A program made the translations under genes and the position numbers. Shown here one piece after another: positions 16,973 through 25,661 of a stretch of DNA of 59,509 nucleotides. The DNA is from an uncultured Planctomycetia bacterium (GTDB lineage: Bacteria; Omnitrophota; Gorgyraeia; 1-14-0-20-64-10). The DNA lies in contig CAZRTR010000003.1 of the NCBI GenBank assembly GCA_964603095.1, positions 1 to 59,509 on the forward strand. Reading direction: 5' to 3'. A model generated the notes under the pieces. That model was given only the letters and a program-made list of their open reading frames with translations. It searched no databases and was not told the DNA's origin. The stretch's first letter is position 1. Every line of letters starts with the position of its first letter.

Positions 16973-18445
16973 ATGAGTGACTTTATTCTGGCGATCGATC
17001 AGGGGACCACCGGAACCCGGGCCATCCTTTACGATCGCCGGGGCAGAGCCGTCTCCTCCTCCTACCAGGAGATCCGCCAGCATTTCCCGAAACCCGGCTG
17101 GGTGGAGCATGATCCGCAGGAGCTGTGGGCCTCCACCCTTCAAGTGATTCGCAAGGCGCTCGCGCAAAGCCGGACTCGGCCCGGCTCCATCGCGGCGATC
17201 GGGATCACCAACCAGCGGGAGACCACCCTCCTGTGGGACCGTCGGACCGGCCGCCCCGTCCATCGGGCGATCGTCTGGCAGGACCGCCGCACCGCCGAGA
17301 TCTGCCGGGCTCTCAAACGCCACGAGCCGTCCACCCGCCGGATCACCGGGCTGGTTCTGGACCCCTATTTCTCCGGCACCAAGATCGCCTGGCTCCTCAG
17401 ACATTCCCCCTCGATCGCCTCCGCCGCGAAAAAAGGGCGGCTCTGCTTCGGAACCGTCGACTCCTGGCTCCTCTGGAAACTGACCGGCGGCAGGGTGCAC
17501 GCCACCGACGTCACGAACGCCTCCCGGACTCTCTTGATGGATTTGAAGAGCAGCCGATGGTCCGACCCGATGCTCCGGATGCTTGATGTTCCAAAGGGGC
17601 TGCTCCCCCGGATCCTTCCCTCTAGTGGCCGGTTCGGCGCCACCGTCTCCGTGGGCCCTTTGCCGGCCGGCATCCCGATCACCGGGATCGCCGGGGACCA
17701 GCAGGCGGCCCTGTTCGGGCAGGGCTGCGTCCGGCCGGGCCAGGCCAAGAACACCTACGGGACCGGCTGTTTTCTTTTGATGCAGACCGGCCGCCGGCGG
17801 ATCCGGTCGACCCACGGCCTGATCACCACCGCCACCTGCGACGCGGCGGGGCAGCCGGCCTTTGGCCTGGAAGGTTCGGTCTTCATCGCGGGGGCGGCGA
17901 TCCAATGGCTGCGGGACGGCCTGGGGCTCATCCGGAAGGCGGCCGAGTCGGAACGGCTGGCCCGTTCGGTTCCGGATACCGGCGGGGTCTATTTCGTGCC
18001 CGCCTTCGTCGGGTTGGGGGCTCCTTACTGGCGGCCGGATGCCAGGGGCTTGATCTGCGGTTTGACCCGGGGGACGACGCGGGCCCATCTGGTGCGGGCC
18101 GCTCTGGAGGCGATCGCCTTCCAGTCGCAGGAGCTCCTCCAGGCAATGGAGCAGGATTCGAAGATTCGGCTTAAATCCCTCCGGGTTGACGGCGGTGCGG
18201 TGAGGAACAACTTCCTCCTCCAGTTCCAGGCCGATCTGGCCGGCCTCCCGGTGGTCCGGCCCAGGATCATCGAGACGACCGCGCTCGGGGCCGCCCAGTT
18301 GGCCGGGCTCGGGGTTGGCTTCTGGAGCCAGACCGATCTTGCCCGGATGCGGGCGGTCGACCGGTCCTTCCGCCCGGCCTGGAACCGCTCCCAGCGTGAG
18401 TCGGCCTTGAGCCGTTGGGAAGCCGCCATCCAGCGCGCATTATGA
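16973..18445 (+). CDS. glpK: glycerol kinase
   Basis: ILAIDQGTTGTRAILYD, GITNQRETT and FGTVDSWLLWKLTGG support the call. The start is an internal ATG of track ORF 16850. Confidence 0.92.
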   Translation: MSDFILAIDQGTTGTRAILYDRRGRAVSSSYQEIRQHFPKPGWVEHDPQELWASTLQVIRKALAQSRTRPGSIAAIGITNQRETTLLWDRRTGRPVHRAIVWQDRRTAEICRALKRHEPSTRRITGLVLDPYFSGTKIAWLLRHSPSIASAAKKGRLCFGTVDSWLLWKLTGGRVHATDVTNASRTLLMDLKSSRWSDPMLRMLDVPKGLLPRILPSSGRFGATVSVGPLPAGIPITGIAGDQQAALFGQGCVRPGQAKNTYGTGCFLLMQTGRRRIRSTHGLITTATCDAAGQPAFGLEGSVFIAGAAIQWLRDGLGLIRKAAESERLARSVPDTGGVYFVPAFVGLGAPYWRPDARGLICGLTRGTTRAHLVRAALEAIAFQSQELLQAMEQDSKIRLKSLRVDGGAVRNNFLLQFQADLAGLPVVRPRIIETTALGAAQLAGLGVGFWSQTDLARMRAVDRSFRPAWNRSQRESALSRWEAAIQRAL

Positions 18446-18460
18446 TCAATCCACGCGCCG

Positions 18461-18487
18461 TTCGCCCTGAGCTTGTCGAAGGGCGAA
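18461..18487. repeat. hairpin repeat family C, intergenic glpK-glpD
   Basis: ttcgccc-tgagcttgtcgaa-gggcgaa. Confidence 0.8.
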
Positions 18488-18494
18488 TGAGCTG

Positions 18495-19994
18495 ATGACT
18501 CGCGACCTCCCCCAGCTCTCCAACCAAACCTTCGACCTCCTGGTCATCGGCGGGGGCATCCTCGGCGCCGGCATCGCGTGGGACGCCGCCACCCGGGGGC
18601 TCTCCTGCGCCTTGGTGGAGCAGGGGGACTTCGCCGGCGGAACCTCCTCCAAGACGACCAAGCTGATCCACGGCGGGATCCGTTATCTTGAAAATCTGGA
18701 GTTCAAACTGGTCCGGCAATCGATCCGGGAGCGCTGGTGGCTGCTGCGCTTCGCCCCGAACCTGGTCAAGCCGTTGCCGTTCCTCGTCCCTGTGGTCGGG
18801 AACTCTCCCCGGCCCTGGCCGTTGGTGAAGATCGGCGTTTTCCTGTACGACCTTCTGGCCGGCAAGCGCTCGATCCACCCCCACCGGTTCCTGAACCGAT
18901 CTGAAGTGGAACAGATGGAGCCGCTCCTGCGTCAGGTGAAGGTCCGGAAGGGGGCCCTCTATTACGACGCCCAGATGGATGACGCCGGTCTCGTTCTGGA
19001 GGCGCTCAAGGCCGCCTCCCAGGCCGGGGCGAAGGCGGCCAATTACTGTCCGGTCACCCGGTTCCTTTCGCAAGGGGGCCGCCTGGTCGCAGCGGAGGTG
19101 GAGGATCGGTTGACCGGCAAACGGTTCGAGGTCCGCGCCCGGCTGCTGATCAACGCCACCGGCCCCTGGGTCGACCGCCTGCGCCGGTTAGCCGATCCCG
19201 CCGCCAAGCCGATCGTCCGCCCCTCCAAGGGGATTCATCTCCTCTATCCGGATTTGGGGCTCAGGCAGGCGCTGCTCCTCTCCTCCCCCAGCGACCAGAG
19301 GATCTTCTTCTTAATCCCCTGGCGGGGGATGACCCTGATCGGCACCACCGACACCGACTATTCCGGCGATCCGGGCGCCGCCCGCGCCGAGCCGTCCGAC
19401 GTGGAATATCTGATCCGTGAGACGAACCGGCTCCTCCCGAAGCTTCGGCTCGACCCCAAGAAGATTATCTCCACCTTCGCCGGGGTCCGTCCCCTCGTTG
19501 CCCAGGAGAAGAAAGATCCCTGGGCGGTCAGCCGCGGCCACCTCATCCACGAAGATTCCAACGGTCTCCTCAGCATTGTCGGCGGCAAGTTCACCACCTT
19601 CCGGATGATCGCGCAGGATCTCGTCGACCGGGTTTCTCCCCGACTGCCGGGAAAAGGGATCGGCCCCTGCCGGACCGGGCAGCTTCCCCTGGGTCGCGCC
19701 GAGGAGAAAGAGAGGATGATCCGAGGATGGATCGAGCAGGATCCCTCCCTAGCGCAGCCCCTGTGCCCCCACCATGCGTTCCGCAAGGCCGATCTCCGCT
19801 ACGCCGTAGAGGAAGAGATGGCCCTCCACCTCTCCGGCCTCCTGTTCCGCCGTCTCGGAGTCGCCTGGTCCCCCTGCCAGGGCCTCGACTCTCTCGACTC
19901 CGCCGCCGACTACCTCGGCCATCTCCTCGGCTGGGACCCCGCCGAGCGCCAGCGCCAAATCGCCGCCTACCGCCAGGAGATCTCGCTCGGGTAA
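18495..19994 (+). CDS. glpD: FAD-dependent glycerol-3-phosphate dehydrogenase
   Basis: DLLVIGGGILGAGIAWDAATRG, TSSKTTKLIHGGIRYL and position next to glpK support the call. Confidence 0.88.
   Translation: MTRDLPQLSNQTFDLLVIGGGILGAGIAWDAATRGLSCALVEQGDFAGGTSSKTTKLIHGGIRYLENLEFKLVRQSIRERWWLLRFAPNLVKPLPFLVPVVGNSPRPWPLVKIGVFLYDLLAGKRSIHPHRFLNRSEVEQMEPLLRQVKVRKGALYYDAQMDDAGLVLEALKAASQAGAKAANYCPVTRFLSQGGRLVAAEVEDRLTGKRFEVRARLLINATGPWVDRLRRLADPAAKPIVRPSKGIHLLYPDLGLRQALLLSSPSDQRIFFLIPWRGMTLIGTTDTDYSGDPGAARAEPSDVEYLIRETNRLLPKLRLDPKKIISTFAGVRPLVAQEKKDPWAVSRGHLIHEDSNGLLSIVGGKFTTFRMIAQDLVDRVSPRLPGKGIGPCRTGQLPLGRAEEKERMIRGWIEQDPSLAQPLCPHHAFRKADLRYAVEEEMALHLSGLLFRRLGVAWSPCQGLDSLDSAADYLGHLLGWDPAERQRQIAAYRQEISLG
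19919..19972. repeat. 54-bp perfect direct repeat, left copy (inside glpD 3' end)
   Basis: Identical to 21377..21430. Its flanks are similar but diverged, mostly at synonymous positions. Confidence 0.9.
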
Positions 19995-20095
19995 GCAGCC
20001 GGGTTTCCTTATTAAACGTTCCGCCCGTTTTGTTTAATAACGATTTTGCTTATGAAACGATCGTGAGATAAGGAACCGCAACTACTCGATGCGTT

Positions 20096-20127
20096 TGTGT
20101 AAAGTAATCGCTAAATTACTTTACACA
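20096..20127. promoter_or_regulatory. 13-bp perfect inverted repeat (putative operator) upstream of fic
   Basis: tgtgtaaagtaat-cgctaa-attactttacaca, with a TATAGT -10-like hexamer at 20140..20145. Confidence 0.5.
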
Positions 20128-20159
20128 AAATGGATTGCGTATAGTATACTTGACACAGG

Positions 20160-21272
20160 ATGGAACCCTTTATCGCTCAGTCTGTTCCGGTTACCAACGT
20201 CGACCTGGTTTCGCTGATTCCGCTCATCGGTCCAGCCAACCGAGCCGTAGCGCATTATGACGGCCTGCTCTATGGGATCCGGAACCCCCACGTTCTTTTA
20301 TCACCCTTGACGACGCAAGAAGCAGTCCTGTCCTCCCGCATTGAGGGAACTCAGGCGACGCTGGGAGAAGTGCTGAAATATGAAGCAGGTGAAGAGCCGG
20401 CGCAGGAGTCCAGGCGGCAGGACATCCAGGAAATCATCAATTACCGCCATGCCCTGCGCAGGGCGCAAGAGATCCTCAAGACCAAGCCGTTCCATCTGAA
20501 CCTGCTGTTGGAACTGCATGCCATCCTGCTGAACAGCGTGCGCGGTCGAGACAAGGAGCGTGGCCGGTTCCGGACAAAGCAGAATTGGATCGGTCCTCCG
20601 GACTGCCCCATCGAGCAGGCCCGCTTCGTACCGCCGGAACCGATGAGTGTCCCCGGACTGCTGGACAACTGGGAAAAGTATTATCACCGCGAAGAGCCCG
20701 ATGTGTTGGTGCAGCTGGCCGTCCTCCATGCGCAGTTCGAGATCATCCATCCGTTCGTGGATGGCAACGGTCGCATCGGCCGGCTGCTCCTGCCGCTGTT
20801 TCTCTACGAGAGGCGGCTGCTGTCCAAACCGATGTTCTATTTGTCCGCCTACTTCGAACGGCATCGTGACGAATATTACGAGCGCCTCCGCCCTCTCGGC
20901 GCATCGCAGGATGCCTGGAACCAATGGATTGCCTTCTTCTTGAAGGCGGTGTGTGAACAAGCCGATGAAAATACCAAGAAGGCGCGCCAGATCCTTGATC
21001 TCTATGAGCGGTTGAAAGATCGGGTGCGCGAGCTGACCCACTCGCAGTTTGCCGTGCCTTTATTGGATCGGTTGTTCGATCAACCCATCGTGCAGACCAC
21101 CGAACTTGCCCGTCATCGGTCCATGCCGAGCCGCCCGATGGTGATGGTCCTTTTGGGGAAGCTGAGAGCCGCCGGAATTCTGAAAACGGTTCGCCCCGGC
21201 AGCGGCCGCAGGGCCGAGGTGCTGGCCCTGGCCGAGCTCATCAATCTCTGCGAAGGGAGAAAGGTGTTTTGA
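20160..21272 (+). CDS. Fic family protein (AMPylase-type) with N-terminal inhibitory motif and C-terminal wHTH-like region
   Basis: Fic motif HPFVDGNGRIGR. SSRIEG matches the [ST]xxxE[GN] inhibitory helix. Confidence 0.88.
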   Translation: MEPFIAQSVPVTNVDLVSLIPLIGPANRAVAHYDGLLYGIRNPHVLLSPLTTQEAVLSSRIEGTQATLGEVLKYEAGEEPAQESRRQDIQEIINYRHALRRAQEILKTKPFHLNLLLELHAILLNSVRGRDKERGRFRTKQNWIGPPDCPIEQARFVPPEPMSVPGLLDNWEKYYHREEPDVLVQLAVLHAQFEIIHPFVDGNGRIGRLLLPLFLYERRLLSKPMFYLSAYFERHRDEYYERLRPLGASQDAWNQWIAFFLKAVCEQADENTKKARQILDLYERLKDRVRELTHSQFAVPLLDRLFDQPIVQTTELARHRSMPSRPMVMVLLGKLRAAGILKTVRPGSGRRAEVLALAELINLCEGRKVF

Positions 21273-21376
21273 CCAGAACTAAGCAGACTGCACACATCGG
21301 TATGTCTCAGGTCGGCTGAAAGCCGCTTAGACCGGTTCACCGGCAGAAAGATCAGCCCCTGTCAGGGCCTCGCCTC

Positions 21377-21430
21377 CCATCTCCTCGGCTGGGACCCCGC
21401 CGAGCGCCAGCGCCAAATCGCCGCCTACCG
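21377..21430. repeat. 54-bp perfect direct repeat, right copy (displaced glpD 3' remnant)
   Basis: Reads HLLGWDPAERQRQIAAYREEISLAG-stop, compared with the glpD end HLLGWDPAERQRQIAAYRQEISLG-stop. Confidence 0.9.
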
Positions 21431-21648
21431 GGAGGAAATATCTCTTGCCGGTTGATAGCAAATTTCCTTCCAACGGGACCTTTCTTCTGTTACAATTTGA
21501 ATCACTTTACCGTCACCCGTCTGGCTAGGGGGATAGAAGTAGTGGAAGCCGATAACCTGTCCCTCGGTACGCGGTGCCGATTGGGCGCGCGAACTATAAC
21601 TTTGAGTGCCTTATTTTGAACAGGAAGGATGTTGGGAGCCTTCTGCTG

Positions 21649-22563
21649 CTAGCGGATGAACTGTCCTCCCGGTATGTCTCCCCCGGAACTGCTTGGCATG
21701 GTCAAAGGGGCCACTTTTATGGCCCACTCGCAGAAACCGCACTCGCTGTCGGCCGACGGGCATGAGCGCTTGGAAAGCAGATCAACCGCTTCCCTGAAAA
21801 TCTTCCGTGCCCGTTCGGGGTCGGTGTCCACCTTGACCGGATGCATGTGGAAGGTGATCCGGCCCCCGTCGTTCTGCTCGAGAGGATGGTAGAAGACCAG
21901 GTAGGCGCAGCCGGCGGTCTGGTAGCCGTTTTCCTGTAGCAGCAGCGTGTAGATGTTGAGCTGATCCTGGTAGTAGGACGGCGTATCCTCCTTTACGGGG
22001 TAGCCCCGGGTTTTGTAGTCCAGCGGAAGGTAACGGTCCTCCTGAACCAGGCAATCGTCCAGAAGCCCCATGAGAGTCGCCCCGACCTCCTTGTCGGAAT
22101 ACCGCAGGCCCCGGTGGCGGGCACGCCAGAGGTCCAGCAGCTTCTGGTCCGGGAACAGCGTCCCTTCCAGTTTCCCTTCGAGCTCGGGCGGGAGCTTCCC
22201 CAGGACCCGGAACCGGTCGAAGTACTTTTTGATGATGCCGTCCATGCCCCCCGGCAGCGAAGGAAAGATCGTATCGGGCCGGCTGATCCCCTTGACCTTT
22301 TCCAGCCAGAAGCAGCGTGGACACTCCGTAAAGAGACTCAGCGAACTGTAGGAGAGGCAGATCTGCTTTTCGGCCACAGACCGGATACTACCACTCAGGA
22401 GGCGTGGGTGACAACCCGGAGATTTTGCTTGCCCCCTTGGCGCCGGGGGTCTCTTGGGCTGGGACCCCCCCTCCAACGTCAGATCGATTCCTACCGCCAG
22501 GAATGCAGCGCCTGACAGGATGCGTGAGGCGTATAATGTGGGAATACAGGAGGTTTGAGACAT
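21649..22563 (-). CDS. PD-(D/E)XK nuclease, Cas4/RecB-like with Cys cluster
   Basis: Contains CPRCFW...LPLDYK...QLNIYTLLL...CPSADSECGFCEW (1+3 Cys, D..D/ExK, QxxxY). The true start may be GTG 22377. Confidence 0.7.
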   Translation of the reverse strand: MSQTSCIPTLYASRILSGAAFLAVGIDLTLEGGSQPKRPPAPRGQAKSPGCHPRLLSGSIRSVAEKQICLSYSSLSLFTECPRCFWLEKVKGISRPDTIFPSLPGGMDGIIKKYFDRFRVLGKLPPELEGKLEGTLFPDQKLLDLWRARHRGLRYSDKEVGATLMGLLDDCLVQEDRYLPLDYKTRGYPVKEDTPSYYQDQLNIYTLLLQENGYQTAGCAYLVFYHPLEQNDGGRITFHMHPVKVDTDPERARKIFREAVDLLSKRSCPSADSECGFCEWAIKVAPLTMPSSSGGDIPGGQFIR

Positions 22564-22637
22564 GGCGGATGGCGGGTTTTTAGTCAGGTTTGAGGGAAAG
22601 GAACCCCAAAGGTGTTACGCGGTAGAATTCGATTACG

Positions 22638-24113
22638 ATGAGCGGTCCTACGCGATCAACGGAGGAAAAAAGGAGGAGATACCCAAGGGGATCCAGAGGA
22701 TCATTATTGAGGTCGAGGAGACCGGCCTTTGACTTGAAACGCGTCGCCCCCGCTTTTCTGCTGCCCCTCCTCTTGGCAACCGCCGCCTCCGCCCATCCCG
22801 CCGACGTCGAAAACATCCTGCCTGACCGCTACTTTGAAGTCGCACGGAACGAGATCCAACGGGCGGAATCCTCCATCCGCCTCTACATGTACCTGATCGC
22901 CCTTCCGCCGAACCGGCTGAATTCCAAGGTCTACCGCCTGGTAGACGCGCTGGTGGAGGCCAAAGACAGGGGTGTGGACGTTCAGGTGATGCTGGACCGG
23001 AATATTGACTGGAAGGATGAAAGCAACCTCGGTTTCTGGGACTCCGCCGGCAAGAATGCCAGGGCCTACAGTTACCTCCGGGAGAAGGGAATCAGCGCCT
23101 ATTTTGATGACGAGGCGATCTTCACGCACGCCAAGGTGCTGGTGATCGACCGGAAAACCGTGATTCTGGGCTCGGCAAATTGGAGCGAGGCGGCATTGGC
23201 CCGCAACCTGGAAGCCAATGTTCTGATCCGGTCCGAGGAGTTCGCCAAGGAGGTCCTGGAGCGCTTTGAGGGGTTGGAGCTCCACACCCCGGAGGGTGGG
23301 AACTCTGAGACCGTCGCGGTGCCGCAGCCCTTCTTGAGCAGTAAACACCTGTTGGGACGGATGGTGACCGATGCTGATGAACGGGCTTTTGACGCCTACC
23401 TCTTTCTACTAAGGGTCTTCGGCGAGGAAGAGCAAGGGAAAGAAAAGGTTGTGGATTACGAGCCGCTCAAGGTGGCGCTTGGAATTCGGGGCAAGAGCGA
23501 ATGGAATAACAGGCGGGCTGTCAGAAGGGTTCTGGATCGGCTACAGGACAAGTATAGGTTGATCGCCGTCTCTTACAGGCGGGGAGATGAGCCGGCGGTC
23601 TCTCTAAAGGCGATAGAAGGCCGGACCGGGCCAGGCGTCGCTTCAGAGACGGCACCGGTGGAGATTCCCGTCACCTACTGGGAATGGGATTGGAATAAAG
23701 AGCTGAGCTTCGCGGGGAAGGTGATGTACGTTCTGGGGGCTATGTATTCCTCCGCGTCGACGACGGCCCCGAGATGGTTCAGGTCAACGGGCGATCTGGC
23801 GAAGAGGCACGGTTTCACAAGGAGTTTTGTTGAGGATGGATTTATGGACTTGCGGCGGCGTAACCTGGTGGAGGTGGAACCGGGCCGGCTCAACCCGGCA
23901 AACTACAGCGACCGGAAGGCGAACCGGTACGCTCCAAACCCGTTGTACGATCCCAAGGAGCTGGAACAGGCATTCCGCAGACTGGAGGAACGGCATGGAG
24001 CGGAGAAGGTGAAGAAGGCCGCTGGCTACGCTGCGCTGGTTTATGAGGGTAGCGATGAAGATGGGAAGGTGATGAAAGGTGGCGGGTCGACCCGACCCCT
24101 TGGAAATGGTTGA
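22638..24113 (+). CDS. secreted phospholipase D/Nuc-like (single HKD) protein with ~270-aa C-terminal extension
   Basis: HKD motif HAKVLVIDRKTVILGSANWS. Signal-like KRVAPAFLLPLLLATAASAHPA. The probable real start is TTG 22734. Confidence 0.75.
   Translation: MSGPTRSTEEKRRRYPRGSRGSLLRSRRPAFDLKRVAPAFLLPLLLATAASAHPADVENILPDRYFEVARNEIQRAESSIRLYMYLIALPPNRLNSKVYRLVDALVEAKDRGVDVQVMLDRNIDWKDESNLGFWDSAGKNARAYSYLREKGISAYFDDEAIFTHAKVLVIDRKTVILGSANWSEAALARNLEANVLIRSEEFAKEVLERFEGLELHTPEGGNSETVAVPQPFLSSKHLLGRMVTDADERAFDAYLFLLRVFGEEEQGKEKVVDYEPLKVALGIRGKSEWNNRRAVRRVLDRLQDKYRLIAVSYRRGDEPAVSLKAIEGRTGPGVASETAPVEIPVTYWEWDWNKELSFAGKVMYVLGAMYSSASTTAPRWFRSTGDLAKRHGFTRSFVEDGFMDLRRRNLVEVEPGRLNPANYSDRKANRYAPNPLYDPKELEQAFRRLEERHGAEKVKKAAGYAALVYEGSDEDGKVMKGGGSTRPLGNG
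24072..24094. repeat. 23-bp perfect direct repeat, left copy (inside PLD gene 3' end)
   Basis: atgaaaggtggcgggtcgacccg, identical to 24798..24820. Confidence 0.9.
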
Positions 24114-24135
24114 AAGAGCGTGACTCAAGTGGTAT

Positions 24136-24166
24136 CCTATGTATGGTAGTGTGTACCATACATAGG
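24136..24166. promoter_or_regulatory. 13-bp perfect inverted repeat (putative VapB operator)
   Basis: cctatgtatggta-gtgtg-taccatacatagg overlaps the TGGTATCCT -10-like element (24130..24138), 12 nt before ATG 24178. Confidence 0.55.
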
Positions 24167-24177
24167 AGGGTTGACCA

Positions 24178-24381
24178 ATGACGACGAAGATCACCACCTA
24201 TATCGATGAGCAGTTGCTCAAGAAGGCCCTGAAGGTGTCCCGGTCCAAGTCGAAACGGGAGGTTTTGGAGAGCGGCCTGCGTACCCTGTTGGCGGAGGTC
24301 CAGCGCAACACCTTCGTCAGGGAATTTGACCACCTGCGCCTGCGCCTTTCTCCGGAGGAGCTTGCGCGGTCCCGCCGTTAG
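24178..24381 (+). CDS. vapB: type II antitoxin, VapB-like
   Basis: 67 aa with N-terminal TTYIDEQLLKKALK, located 3 nt upstream of a PIN gene. Confidence 0.8.
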   Translation: MTTKITTYIDEQLLKKALKVSRSKSKREVLESGLRTLLAEVQRNTFVREFDHLRLRLSPEELARSRR

Positions 24382-24384
24382 AGA

Positions 24385-24801
24385 ATGGCGCTGGTTCTGA
24401 TCGACACCTCGGCCTGGATCTTTAACTTCCCACCCAGAACCGTACCGGCCATCCGGACTCGGATCACGGAGTTGCTTCAGCGGGATCAGGCCGCGGTGAC
24501 CTCTCCCATCCTCTTTGAGCTCCTGCAGGGAGCTCGATCGGGCGACCAGTTTCGGCAGATGCACCAGCGCCTCTCCGGCCTTCACCCGTTTCCTCTCACG
24601 GAGGTGGATTGGCTGAAGGCGGCCCAGTGGGCCTGCCGGCTCCGGGCCGGCGGAATCACGGTGAAGACCGTCGATTTCCTCATTGCCTACAAGGCGATGA
24701 GGCATAGGCTGACCCTGCTTCATGCGGATGCAGATTTCGATCGTTTGGCCCGCTTGGTTCCATTAAAGGTGGAAAGTTTCGTCCGGCAGGTGCGTTCATG
24801 A
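24385..24801 (+). CDS. vapC: PIN-domain toxin, VapC-like
   Basis: LIDTSAWI at the N-terminus, with conserved acidic residues (E in ILFELLQG, D in TVDFLIA, D in HADADFD). Confidence 0.85.
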   Translation: MALVLIDTSAWIFNFPPRTVPAIRTRITELLQRDQAAVTSPILFELLQGARSGDQFRQMHQRLSGLHPFPLTEVDWLKAAQWACRLRAGGITVKTVDFLIAYKAMRHRLTLLHADADFDRLARLVPLKVESFVRQVRS

Positions 24802-24820
24802 AAGGTGGCGGGTCGACCCG
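24798..24820. repeat. 23-bp perfect direct repeat, right copy
   Basis: Overlaps the vapC stop codon. Confidence 0.9.
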
Positions 24821-24914
24821 GGAAACGCGGACCGGGGACGAGGGAGATAGCTGATGGAGGCGGACGGGGTTTTTGAGGGGGGCGGGGAATCACCCTTGCG
24901 GAGTGAGATTTTTT

Positions 24915-24959
24915 GGGGTATAATTTCAACGTGGAGATGATTTCAACGGATGTTGAAAT
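24915..24959 (+). promoter_or_regulatory. promoter/operator region of the AbiE-like pair
   Basis: Contains GGGGTATAAT, the direct repeat atttcaac at 24923 and 24940, and the inverted pair atttcaac-ggat-gttgaaat ending 1 nt before ATG 24960. Confidence 0.45.
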
Positions 24960-25661
24960 ATGGTTGACAGTGAAACTATGACTCGACCGGTGCAGAACAT
25001 CTTCAGCGACCGGGCCTCCCTGGTCCTGCGCGCCTTCCTCAGGCAGCCGGAGAAGAAGTGGGTCATTCCCGACTTCTGTCGAGAGGGGCTCTCGGCAGGG
25101 CTGGCCAGCGGGGTGCTCAACCGGGCGGAGGCCCTGGGGTACATTCACCGGTCCAGGAGGGGGAGGGAGAGTCATTCCCGGCTGGTCCGGAAGGAGCTTC
25201 TTCTGAAGGATTGGTGCCAGGCCTATCGGTTCGACCGCAACGTCACCGCCACCTACTTCTATCCCGGGGAGGATTTCCTGAAAAGGGTCGTTCGACGGCT
25301 TGCCCAGGACAAGGTGGAGTATGCCCTGACCCTCTTCAGCGCCAGCCGCCTCATTTCACCCTACGTCAAGGATGCCCGTCATTTCGTCTATCTGAATCGG
25401 CGCGGGGAGGCGTTCTGGAGGTGCCTGGACCAGATGGAGCGGGAGCAGCTCATCTACAAGCTGGCCCGGGGTGGAAACGTCTGGTTCATTTCGCCCTTTT
25501 ATCGCAGCTGCGTCTTTCGGGATTCCCGGACGCTGAAAGGGTGCCGGGCGGTCTCCAACCTTCAGCTGTATCTGGATTTGATCGGTTTTCCCCCCACCGG
25601 TCCCGAGGAGGCCAGGCACCTGGAGGAGTTCTTCAAGAAGCGGGGAGAGCCCTTTGTCTGA
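24960..25661 (+). CDS. AbiEi-like putative antitoxin/transcriptional regulator (wHTH N-terminus)
   Basis: 233-aa ORF overlapping the downstream NTase by 8 nt, the architecture of type IV AbiE modules. The family call is tentative. Confidence 0.55.
   Translation: MVDSETMTRPVQNIFSDRASLVLRAFLRQPEKKWVIPDFCREGLSAGLASGVLNRAEALGYIHRSRRGRESHSRLVRKELLLKDWCQAYRFDRNVTATYFYPGEDFLKRVVRRLAQDKVEYALTLFSASRLISPYVKDARHFVYLNRRGEAFWRCLDQMEREQLIYKLARGGNVWFISPFYRSCVFRDSRTLKGCRAVSNLQLYLDLIGFPPTGPEEARHLEEFFKKRGEPFV

Larger units (their letters stand above)
19973..21376 (+). mobile_element. fic-carrying islet inserted into the 3' end of glpD (no recombinase gene inside)
   Basis: Bounded by the 54-bp direct repeats. 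AT-richer ends, its own promoter/operator, and a displaced alternative glpD terminus at 21369..21455. Confidence 0.55.

Noticed and set aside
21456-21648. Possible small RNA or ORF in the 190-nt AT-richer spacer downstream of the fic islet
   Set aside because: I could identify no convincing promoter/terminator pair, hairpin or conserved ORF. It is left unannotated.
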